DNA from: Narcine bancroftii
Lineage: Eukaryota
Reading direction: 5' to 3'
Length of the DNA: 64,000 bases
NCBI RefSeq assembly: GCF_036971445.1
Contig: NC_091475.1
Coordinates: forward strand, 53,010,001-53,074,000
Under the pieces are notes generated by a model. The model saw nothing but the letters and a program-made list of their open reading frames with translations, did no database searches and was not told the origin of the DNA. Made by a program: the position numbers and the translations under genes. Numbering within the stretch: position 1 is the first letter of the stretch; each line of letters starts with the position of its first letter. Of this stretch, positions 51,706-62,771 are shown piece after piece.

Positions 51706-53574
51706 ATATGATGTGGAAATCAATTTTACATTTGGACTTTTTGAGTTTTCCTTTTGCAATATAAAATGTGAATTTTTCATGAAATATTTAGACTGCATTC
51801 TGCATTGTCCTGTTTCTTTTCAGTTGTATGCAGGGGATTACAAACTAATTTTCATCTTTTCTTTCTTGTTGCTGCAATTTCTTTTTTGTGGGAACAGTTA
51901 CACCTCTTTCTGCTCTTGGTTTTGGGGCATATCAGCTTCACAGAGCTGAGCAATCTTGGAGGCTGTGTTTAAAAGCATGCAACTCAAATTGCACATTCAC
52001 GACTTCTGATTTCCTTTTGTAAATGTGACTTTCCATTTTTGCTTCATATAGTAGCTGTAAAAATTTCCATCCTTGTAAATTTATTGCTGGTTCAAAGCTG
52101 TGTTGCCGTGCAAGGCAAAGTTGAACAATGAAAATAGAACATTGAAGCCGAAGCAAAATCATATCCAGAGCATAGAAATCCTTTCTATTGTTTAATGCAA
52201 GGTAGCATGAATCTGGCACCAAATTTCTGAATGACAGGAATAATAATGAAAATAACCATTTTAACATTGGTTCATAAAGTTATGTCCATGAAATATGGTT
52301 TGTAGAATGGGTCATCTTTTTGAGCAGAGAATCGCAGCCTCACTCCTCCATAATTCTAAGGATGGCTGGGCAATTGAAAGCAGATATGGTACATAAGATG
52401 AGGAGCTAAATGCTCCAAATTGGGCAACACATCACAAGTTGAGGAGAATCAGCATGATGAATTTCATTTCAGCAGTTCTTGTTTTTGACTCAGTGAAGAG
52501 GAATAATAAAACAGTTTCTCAAATGAAGACAAGAAGACGTGGTTGGTTCTCAACAGATGGGTGATCTTTCTCATACTTCCACTTCTCTATTGTTAAACAG
52601 TTGCCAAAATAATACTGTGATTGGAGCTGTGTTGGAGTCCAAAAATAATGATCAATTTGTGGGTAATTGTTTTAGCTCTCCAGTGAAAGGTATAAATAAT
52701 AATTGCAATTTAAATAGTGAATGGATGAATCGTCACCAAGTTATCAATAGTTTCTTTAACAGCTTAAAAATGTATATATTTGAAAACTTCTCAGAGAGCA
52801 CTGGCAATTTTTCATAATTTCTCGTGAACTTTATAAATGGATCAGCCCCTGGTTACTCCCCAAACTCTGCTGGATATGTACCACCCTGAAAAAGAATCTA
52901 TGACAGAAATTGTCCGTCTCTGTTATCTTGTGGAGTTTTACATTAAATGAAGCAATGATCTCTTTATGGGATTACGATTTGTTTTTCACCTTTCAACTTG
53001 CAGAATATAATTTAAAAGGCTTCTTGTTGAGTTGTGACCGAGTCCATCAATAAATTGACCAATTCATTCATAGTTTTGATGAGTCAAAATTTAGTCTCTG
53101 CCTTGAAGTCAGACCAAACATTTGCCTTTGAAAATTGGCAGCTCAGTGTTCCTTCCAATTAAGTTTCCATTGGTGATCATGCTGTCCAAGAACGCAGAAG
53201 AACGTGAATGCTATTAAAAGTATCTCAACAAGAAGAAACCAAATTGCCTGCTGTTTTAATGCCAGCAGAGAATTTATCCCATGATACGATCAGTGGATAA
53301 ATCTTTGAACTCGAACCATATTTCTCTGCTTCTTATGTTTTCCCTAAGGCTTGATATTTTTTATAGGATCACATTCAGTCAAACCTCAGTGCTTTAACCA
53401 TGAAAATGAGATGATGCAAAGTATGTATTTGATAAGATCAAGCAACAAGTCAATTCATTAATGTTAGTGGAAAGAAAAAGAGCAGGATTGTGTTCAAACA
53501 AGAAAATCTTCAGATGTTGGGGTGAAATGCAATATACTAATGTGATGGAGAAACCCAGCAAGTGACATCGAGAG

Positions 53575-53945
53575 CTGTGGTTCTCAGTTTTTTTTCTTCC
53601 CACTCACATATCTCTTTAAGTAATCCCTATGCCATCAGTGCTCTTGGATTGGTAAGGGATTGCTTAAGGTGGTATGTGAGTGGGAAGGGAAGGCTGAGAA
53701 TCACTGCTCTAGACCAATTGTTAATGAAATATTTTGCTTGAGAAAAATGGTCATTGGCCCATTTGCTTTGGTGTTATGAAACCGTGCACATAATGAGTCA
53801 ATGAGGTACGATGAAAACTGTGTTAGAACTTTCTCTTTCCACCTACATACCACCATAAGTAATCCCTTACTAATCACAGAGCACCAGTGGCATAGGGAAT
53901 ATTAAAGTGGTATATGAGTAGAAAGAAAAAGGTTGAGAACCACTG
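53575..53945. mobile_element. hAT composite MITE, copy 5 (reverse orientation)
   Basis: TIRs ctgtggttctcag / ggttgagaaccactg; flanks atcgagag / atctcgaa. Confidence 0.9.
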
Positions 53946-54659
53946 ATCTCGAAGAAGTTGGTTAACTTCAACTTCCAATGCATGTTGCATGACCTCCTGA
54001 ATTCTTCCAGCACATTAGTGCATTGCAGGAGCAAAATTGTGATTAAGTAAATTGCGGGGTGTCTTTTGTGCCAAAGTTCAGCAGGACTGTTTTCAGATCT
54101 GATAGAAAGAATCCTTATGTGCTGTACAGAACTCACTTTATTGCTGTTACTAGTGGAACCTATCTCAGAAGTGCACTCGAGCTGTTTTATCCACAGCACC
54201 TCATTTCCATTGGTCCACAGCTTCACTCGCAACCTACCCTGTGGTGAGCCCAAATTCTAGAGACCTCACCACTGGTGTGCTCATTTGTACCCTCTTGGTC
54301 ACTTCTCTGTACCCCAACCTGGGTCGATCTATTGACCAACTCAACCCATTATGTGACCATTACCTTGGGCATGCAGGTTCAGATCTACAGAGATAATACC
54401 TTTGTTACCTAACACCCTTCCCCTCACACATGTTTGATCCCAGCAATTGTTCCTTGCATTCTCTGACCAACATTTTAGGATTCTAGTAGGTACAAGAACA
54501 CTTTTAACAGTTGTTTGTAAAAACATTGTGAATTGGAACAGGATTCAAGAAATAGTTCTACAAAGAAAGTAGATGTTGCACTGCAAAGGATTCTTACAAA
54601 GACAGAATGTTTGATTTTGAACAGAAATCAAGGCTCATTTGTCATTACTGCAACTGAAA

Positions 54660-55040
54660 GAGACGTAAGAACTCCAAATGCTGAAATTTTGAGCAGATAC
54701 CGAGGCTGGAGGGGGGTCTGTGGAACAGGCAGCAGCCACAGAGAGCAATATACAGTCAGCATTCTGGGGAAGGACCCTTTTTTGAGACTAAACTGGGAAG
54801 GGGAGATAGAGGGGAGAGAAGGACTGGGGAGTGGTTGAGGTGAGAGAATACTGGTGGGAGAGGTGGAGAAACAGATAGGGAAGGAGAACACTGAGGGTGG
54901 GGACTTTGAGAGAAAGGGAATAGGTAAAGAACAGATGAAAAGAGTGCAACCAGACCGAGTTGGGGGGTTACCTAAAAGTAGAAAATTCATTGCTCAGGTT
55001 GTTGGGTTTTTTTTGATGTCCTGGAGGAACATGAGGTGTT
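54660..55040 (-). mobile_element. Old Penelope-like 3' region
   Basis: Terminal-repeat remnant plus GA-rich tract and gaacatgaggtgttgttcctc. Confidence 0.6.
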
Positions 55041-55556
55041 GTTCCTCAAACCCAACATTGTGTCATTTTTGTCTTCTCTCAATTCAGGCCTTTTCCCTTC
55101 CGTGTGTTACTCAGTGCAGAGCTAATGCACAGGATACTCTGCCGCAGTCTGCTGTCGGCAATTTGCATTCGCTGATGATGTCCCCGTCTCAATCATCCAA
55201 TGAAAAGCACCGTGAAATTGCCAAAAGAATGGAAATATGACATTTCAGCATATATTTTACCTTCTGCTTGCCTCATGTCTGCTGAGGATAATGGATTAAA
55301 ATTCCCTTCCTTGTAACTTGTGACTTTTCATTAATGTTGTCTTTGCAGCCTTGTTTGTAGACATTTTGCTCAAGACAAAATGAAGATCTATGGCCAGCTG
55401 CCAATGGTATTTAATCTTCAGGGTGCCATCAATTTTTTATGTTGGTGAACAGCCCTGGTTCTTGCAAGACAATGAGGAAGTTACTTATGACTTGGCCTTA
55501 ATGGAACATGGAAAACAACTTCAAACCCAATCACACCAATGTCAAGCTGAACTTCT

Positions 55557-55697
55557 NNNNNNNNNNNNNNNNNNNNNNNNNNNNNNNNNNNNNNNNNNNN
55601 NNNNNNNNNNNNNNNNNNNNNNNNNNNNNNNNNNNNNNNNNNNNNNNNNNNNNNNNNNNNNNNNNNNNNNNNNNNNNNNNNNNNNNNNNNNNNNNNN
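55557..55697. other. Assembly gap (141 N)
   Basis: Run of N in the sequence. Confidence 0.99.
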
Positions 55698-55699
55698 CT

Positions 55700-56020
55700 T
55701 CATTCAAAACACGGCCTTTGTTCTTAATCATCCACATCCAGCAAATACCCTCAGTGCTTCCTTGGAGAAAAATAGTCATCTCATCCACTAATGGGATCCA
55801 ATGAAAATGGAGTCAGAACATCCAAGATGCAATTTACAATCTCAGACCTCTTCGACAAGAGCCCATTGAAGCCCAAAGGAAAGGTTGGAAACAGCACACC
55901 CACCCAAACACCATCACGCACCTCCTACCCCACCTGTAGTGCTGTCTGTTATTTATTCAACAGCCTCATCGGCCACCTCAAAACCCACAGAACTGCAGCT
56001 GAAGCAACCTCACCCCTTTG
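55700..56020 (+). mobile_element. Ancient RTE LINE 3' end
   Basis: Degenerate zinc knuckle YPTCSAVCYLFNSLIGHLKTHRT. Confidence 0.55.
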
Positions 56021-56094
56021 AACTGTCAGAGAAAAGCAAGAATTGCCTTTGAATTGACTGGCTTGTGAAGCCATGTTAGTGGTAATTGTAATTT

Positions 56095-56222
56095 AAACTG
56101 CATGTAGACCTCAGATTGAGGTTAATAAACTGCTCGGAGATCGTAAATTGAGGTTAGTAAACTGCATGGAGACCTCAGATTGAGGTTAATAAACTCCATT
56201 TTGACCTCAAATTGAGATTAAT
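56095..56222. repeat. 32-bp minisatellite, 4 units, with palindromic core
   Basis: Consensus aaactgcatggagacctcagattgaggttaat. Confidence 0.9.
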
Positions 56223-57429
56223 AAAAATAGAGTGAGTGAATAGAGTGAGTACAACCAATTTTAATTCCCTTAGGGGCGTTATTATTTTAGACCTATTCAA
56301 TTAACTGACTAAATTCCTTGGTCACTATGAACTTGCCTTTTGATCAATATTCCAGCTTTGTGGGTTGCCTTGTTTAACTTGATCACTATCCAACTGTGTT
56401 CCCATTTATTTGCTGCCAGTTTGGGTCAAATTGGTATTCCCACTGGAAGTATGGTGACCTGAGTATTAATGTGCAGAGGATAATGTAATAGATTTTAAAG
56501 GTTAGTAAATTGTAAGGAAGAATTTTTGCATAACACATCAAAGTAAAACTGAAGAAAAAGATAAATGAAAATATCGAGGAACCAATAATTGAAATAATAT
56601 TATGTCCAACCACTTTTTAAGAGTGTATGATCTGCATCAGTTCTGTCTTTTAAATACCATTGTTATTGGAAAGGAATGTAATTTTTCACTGTGTCAATAT
56701 TGTGAGTTCAACCTAGAGCTGATGCACAAGTTTATTTTACACATAAAATTTCCAAGGCAGGCCTTCGAAGGATGTGAGGAATGGATTACCAGAGTATTGG
56801 TGCTTTCACTGTTGAATTGATTTAACACATTCAGTTTGGCAAAGTTTTGTGAGGAACTTTCTCAGAGTCTTATTACACAAAATGCGTCATGCATTCCATG
56901 CACATATTTTCAACATAAAGAAATTAAAATAATCAATTGTTTTTTTTTCCCGGGGGAGGGGGGGAGTGAGAAAACATTTTACTCAATTTTCTGTGAAAAG
57001 CATTGTGTTCAGTAATCTAAATGGCGATTTATTTTTCAAAAGCAATAACAGGCCTTTTTATTTTGCAACCCCGCATTAAAGCTGGCTCACAGAAAACAAA
57101 AGGTGAATTGGCCTTTTATGGTGACAGCTGATCATGTGGATCCAACGTTCCCTTTATGGAGAGCAGAGTCAGGAGCTGTTTTTCAGAGCTGAAGGAGGCT
57201 GGGCGAGTGGTGAAGTCATGCCTCCCATCACCATGATGTCAAACAAACACGTCAGCAAGTGAAAAATTAATAGAGGCATTTCCCTCGCACTCAAAAGAAT
57301 AACAAAACTTTTGCCATCACTCACATGAATCGAGTAATTAACCTTTAGAGACAAATTGCGTTTGCTATTGCCTTGTATCTGAACACACTGAGCACTTTAA
57401 AATTTCCGCTTGGGTCACAATCGCGACGT

Positions 57430-57652
57430 GATCAGCCTTCCCCTTTCCAGCCACTTATAGTGGCATTCATTTAATGGAGGAGGTGGAGCGACTACACTCC
57501 ACCTTTAAATGTACCCCCCGAGGCTGATGGAAGCTGGAGTGTATTTCAGTAGTCCATCCACCTTTGGACTTTTTATGGAGGTAAGTGCGGCAATGTAAAG
57601 GTGGAGAATCTCTGTCTTTACAATCGCCTTTTTTCTCTCCATAAAAAGGCCT
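57430..57652. mobile_element. Harbinger-like MITE fragment related to family C
   Basis: End ataaaaaggcct and gtaaaggtggagaatct shared with 26444-27187. Confidence 0.5.
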
Positions 57653-58145
57653 AACGAGAAGAAAATACTTTGTGTTTTGAGTGTGGTATGATCAAAGTAT
57701 ACTGCAATTATCCGGAGTACAGTCCTATCTATTCCATTGGGGATCAACTTCTTTTATCCTCTTTTGTACCTCCTTTTGGTAGAAGGCCCAAGAATAAGAG
57801 CATTCTCTTCATCTGACCTTTGAACATTTATTCTGATGAGGTTTAAAAAAAAATGCACAGTGTTGGCTGCTTTAATCAACTTCGTAATTCGGCATCTTAA
57901 AAACTCATTGCATTTGGTGAGTAATTGAATGCTGACAACACAATTGGTTTCATTTCACATGGTTGTAAATTCCTCTGAGTATAGTTAAATGTTTAAAATC
58001 CAGGCACAATTTCAATCAAAATTAGACTTGGAATTTTCTTGCTGATAACATTGTGCCTCGAAGAGAGGAACATTTGTCCAAACAAATGTACACTACCTCT
58101 ATTCAATTAATTCTAGTTGTTTTTTTTTTCTCTTTCTTCTTTCAG

Positions 58146-58157
58146 AAAGAAACCAAG
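58146..58157 (+). CDS. Candidate 12-nt alternative microexon of dystrophin (adds 4 codons, R-K-K-P)
   Basis: ttgtttttttttttctctttcttctttcag|AAAGAAACCAAG|gtatgg; multiple of 3 and no stop in the exon-45 frame (AG|A AAG AAA CCA AG|). No transcript evidence available. Confidence 0.5.
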
Positions 58158-58159
58158 GT

Positions 58160-58695
58160 ATGGTCTTCACAGGTATTTTCTTGAAATGGCAAAACAACCT
58201 ACTATATGCTGCAGTCAATTCTCAATCACATCCATTTCAGTGTTTAATTCTGATGCACCATGGAAGTTCAATCTGGCTCTCTCATTTACCTCCATTTGAC
58301 ACGTCTCTTCTGTCATTCTCATTTCATTCAATTATTTCCCAGACCAGTGTGTCACTCCTGTTTACTTCATGGAATATTCTCAGTGTGTCTTTTTCATTGA
58401 CTTCATTAGAGAAGGTTCATTTTCAGTTCCTTCCATTTAAAGCAACCTCAATATCTCATTTTCACTGACTCCATTATATACCACTCCAATGTGTCATTCT
58501 CATTTTTGCTATTAGTGTCAATGTGTCTTTCTCAATTACTACAGTTAGATAGAATGGCAATATACAATCACATTTTGTCCAATCACAAGCTTTAGCTTTA
58601 ACGTGTCATTCTCATTTCCTTGCATAAGATGCATGTCCAAAATGTCATTCCAATTTACTTTCATTGAATGCAAGTCCTTGAGGAAACATTCACCA
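58160..58695 (+). promoter_or_regulatory. YCAY-rich cluster (putative NOVA-type intronic splicing enhancer) with one TGCATG (RBFOX motif)
   Basis: About 28 YCAY tetramers by hand count, many as tcattctcatt doublets; TGCATG at 58630-58635. Confidence 0.45.
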
Positions 58696-59074
58696 AAAAA
58701 AAAATTAAATCTGGTGCCAAATTCTAATTATTCTCACTCTATGCTTTTTATGCGCCAATGAAATGGAAGATTACTCTTGCAGCATGGGTAGTTAACAACT
58801 ATTTGGCTGATAGCAATTTGATTTTGTATCATAATATATCTTCACCCTCCATTGCATCAGATGTCATTTAAGTCTCAAGATTTGAAACCAGCTTCATGAA
58901 AAATAAAATCATAATCCCATTAAGACAGCAGAAGATTCAGCCTGTGTGCTGTTTTCAGGGAAGCCATTTGGATGCTGCCAGATTTGATTTGAATTGAGTT
59001 CTTACAAACATAAGAATGAACTTGTTTGGTTTTGCAACCAACATTTTAACTCCTTATTACTTCTATTGAATTTA

Positions 59075-59590
59075 ATTTGATTTGGGTTGTTTATTGTCCT
59101 GTGTATCAAGTTGCAGTGAAAAGCTTCATTTTGTGTGCTATCCAAGCAAGTCATCCAATACCTTGTAGAGCAGGCCGTGCAAGAATATAAACCTATCGAA
59201 CAATAAAACAAAAGAGCAGGATATTGTGTTATATACCACAAAAATGTTATTGTGTTAAAGAAAAAAGTACAGTTAAACAATGCAAGGCATCATCTTATGC
59301 TCAAAGGACATCCATTCAAGAATCTGATCATTGAAAGAAAAAAAATTGTTCTTGAATCTGGAGGTGCTTGAATATATTGGCTGCTTGCCCGAGGCAGCAG
59401 GAGGTGAAGAGAGAGTCAATGGAGAGGAGACTGGTCTGCATGATGGCTGGAGCTGTGCTCAGATCACTCTCCTGCTGTTTGTGGTTGTGGGCAGAGCACT
59501 CCCTGTATCCAGAGAGGATACTTCCAATGGTTCATCCATAAAAATCAGTAAGGAACTGGGGGGCGTGCCAAATTTCCTCAAGTCTGGAAA
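59075..59590 (-). mobile_element. Rex1/Babar 3' end
   Basis: cattcaagaatctgatc..ttgttcttgaatctggaggtgc, the reverse 3' end. Confidence 0.6.
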
Positions 59591-59739
59591 GTCAAATGTA
59601 GCATTTTATTTTGTTGCATTTACAATTCTGTTGAACAGTCTAAATTCTATTAGTTAGTATTTTGAATGCATGCAGTTACTCACCAGATATAACTCTGCTG
59701 TCTGACCCACATACTGAATTAGTGTTCGTCTGTGGCGTT

Positions 59740-62097
59740 GCTCATTATTAACTCCCCATAAGAATGGGCCACAGCAGCACTACAAAACTGCTTTGAGACC
59801 ATGGACTGGAGTGGTTTCAGGGAGCCGGCCAACTATGATGGCCATTTAAACATCGAGTAATACACGAGCTCAGTGATTGGCTGCGTCAACAAATGCATTA
59901 AGGATGTCATGGAGATCAAATGATACACAACCAGGGCTAACCAGAAACCATGGTTGGACACAGAGGTCCGTGCACTTCTCAGCATACATGATACTGCATT
60001 CAGGGCAGAAGATAAGATGGCACTAAGATCAGACAGGGCTGAACTCTCCCATGCAATCTGTAAAGCAAAGCGTAGGTACGCATAGAGATCCATATATAGA
60101 TAAATGACACCGGTGACACAAAGCGCATGTGGCAATGGATCAAAACTATAACAGGCCACAAATGAACCTTGCGATTCAAAGACAATAACACCTCTTTTGT
60201 GGACAGTCTGAACCTCTTCTATGCACAATTCATTGAGAAGAACAGTCTGACACTGAAGAGAGCTCCATTTCCCCCCAGATGAGCGGACACCTGTATAGGT
60301 GCAGGTGAGGAGAATCCTATCCAGGGTGAACTCAAACAAGGCAGCAGAATGAGACAACATGCCCACTCAGGTGCTGAAGGACTGTGCAAACCAGCTAATG
60401 CAGTTCCTTATAGGCATCTTCAACATATCATAGTAGCAGTCCATCATCCCCTTGGGTTTGAAGACAGCTACCTTTATCCTGGTATCAAAGAGGGAGTCAT
60501 TAAAAGGCCTCAATGACATAGGCCCAGTGGCACTGATTTTCACCATTATGAAATGCTTTGTGTGTCTGGTGATGGAATGCATCAAAGAACACCTCCCAGC
60601 AACACTGGAGCCATTTCAATGTGCCTACAGGCAGGACAGTTCCACTGATGATGCTATAGCCTTGTCCCTCCACTCCATTCTGTCCTACTTGGAGAGCTAC
60701 ACTGTGCATGCCAGTTGATTGACCAGCTTGACATTTAATACTATCACATTGAGTACTTGCTGGGACTCAACACCTTTCTCCGCAACCAGATTCTGGCCTT
60801 CCAAATGGAAAGACCAAAGTCTGTCTGGGTTGGCAGTAGAATGTCGAGCACCGTCAGGCTGTTCCCTGGCCACCTCAGAACTGTGTACTCAGCTGGCTCC
60901 TATTGCTGAGCCACGACTGCATTGCCAGATGTAGCTCCAACAGTGTTATCTGGTTTGCAGATGGCACAATAGTACTTGGACTCATCAGCAACAACAATGA
61001 GTTGCACTACAGAGAAGAGGTGGAAAATATTGTGGAATGGTGGTGCAAAAATAACAACGAATCTCAAAGTGAATAAGACAAAGGAGGTGATTGTGAACTT
61101 GAGGAAAACCAGGGACTACCACTCTCCACTACGCCTTAATAGCTCAATAGTAGAGAGAGTGGAGAGCACCGAGTTCCTCAGAATCCACTTAACATGACCT
61201 ATACTGGGCACACATGTCCTCACTTGTCAGGAAGGTGCAACAGTGTCTGAACTTCCTGAGAAAGCTGAAGCGGGCAAGGCCATCATTCTATCAACTTTCT
61301 ACAGGCGCACATTCGAGAGCATCCTGGCTGGCTGCAACAGTGTGGTATGGTTGCTGTAGAGACTTGGATTGGAGGTTGATCCACACAAGTATAAAAGCAG
61401 CAGAGAAGATCACTGGAATCTCCCTCCCCACCCCCCCCCCAATATGGTAATTTACCATATTGTTGTTCAAAGAGGGTTTGTAAAATCAGAGAGAACACCT
61501 GGCACCTCAAGTGCAGCATCTTCTAGCTACTCCCATTGATAAAGAGGTACAGAAGTATCAGAGCCAGAACTACCACGCTGAGAAACAGGTTCTTCCCACA
61601 GGCAATAACAGATGAACTGCTGAAAAAACTCTCTTGAGATGCCACTTTTTATTAATACGGTGGAGAATGCCTTACCCAAAACGCATGGGACCAGAAGTGT
61701 TTCGGATTTTTTCAAATTTTGGAACACCATTTAAAAAATCCACTCCTTTGCTCGAAGATACATTCATTCACATTACAAGTATTTACATGTGCCCAAATTA
61801 ACTGAAGTAGACGTATATTGAAAAATCTATACTCAGTAATGCACTACTTGCGTCCGGTTCTCCGATTGGGATTTCTGAACTCAATTATGTATTACCTTAT
61901 GGGATTATGAATGAAAAAAATGTTAAATTTTGGATCATTTCAGGTACTCAGATCAGGGGTACTCAACCTGTTTATTTTAGAGATATTTATACATGTACTA
62001 GTCTCCACATCTCAATGTCTGTATGTGCATTTGCATTATTTTGCATTCTGGACTGAAGAACGCTACTAGTACAATCGGATGATAAATAAACTTGAAT
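59740..62097 (+). mobile_element. Rex1/Babar LINE, long degraded copy
   Basis: Peptides [60 protein letters not shown] and VRKVQQCLNFLRKLKR. Confidence 0.9.
61658..61970. mobile_element. Tigger/pogo-type MITE resembling Tigger4/MER46
   Basis: TA|cggtggagaatgccttacccaaaacgcatgggaccagaagtgtttcggatttt ... gatcaggggtactcaacctg. Confidence 0.7.
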
Positions 62098-62099
62098 AT

Positions 62100-62700
62100 A
62101 TTCAGTGACTTACTTGCACAGCTCTGTGGTAGAAAAGAATCACAATACTCTCAAGGGAAGGCACTTTTATTCCTGACTTAAACAAGCAATTCTTCAATCT
62201 AAATCTACACCCCCTATCTCTGGACACTTCCAGAAGGAGAATCATCCTCTCATGTTACAATACAGTCACCTCTTAATCTTCTCAACTCTAAAGAATTGGG
62301 ACCCAGTCTGCTCAAACTTGCTTCAGCCAAGAAATCAACCTGTGAATCTTATTCCATCTTGACCTTATCCCAACTGCTGTTTTCCATGCCCTTTATCTCT
62401 TCTGCTTTTTGGAACCTCAAAGAACTCCAATTAATTTGTCAAAGGCAGTTTCTCTTTTATCAGGCTGCCTGATTACACCATGATTTTTGAAGTGTTCTGT
62501 AATATTAACTGAGGATTTTTCCCAGTGGTGCATGCCAAACGATCTGATCTGAAGTTTCTGCTTTGCATGTCATTCTTTTCGAGAGCATCTGCCTATTTAA
62601 AATTTACTCGGACCTTTCGGAATCTGGGTAATTTTGGAATATCATAATCAAGGCTTTCATCATCACTGCAGCCTTTTCTCTTGGAACCCAGTATTTGGGA
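62100..62700 (-). mobile_element. Old CR1 remnant
   Basis: cacagctctgtggtagaaaagaatcacaatactc..tcacctcttaatcttctcaactctaaag. Confidence 0.5.
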
Positions 62701-62771
62701 ACATGAAGTCCAACTTCAATCCCATTTCTTTCCTCCAGTGACAAGTGTTTTCCTTACTCACTTTAAATTCA

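Noticed and set aside
19660-53010. Isolated strong acceptor-like sites (about 19695, 39035, 51823, 53003)
   Set aside because: No matching donor with an open dystrophin-like frame; expected by chance in AT-rich introns.
55390-55804. ORFs spanning the N run
   Set aside because: Artefacts of the assembly gap.
56095-58695. CRISPR-like look of the 32-bp palindromic repeat and the motif-plus-spacer array
   Set aside because: Vertebrate intron, no cas genes, and the repeats are tandem or degenerate rather than identical repeats with unique fixed-length spacers.
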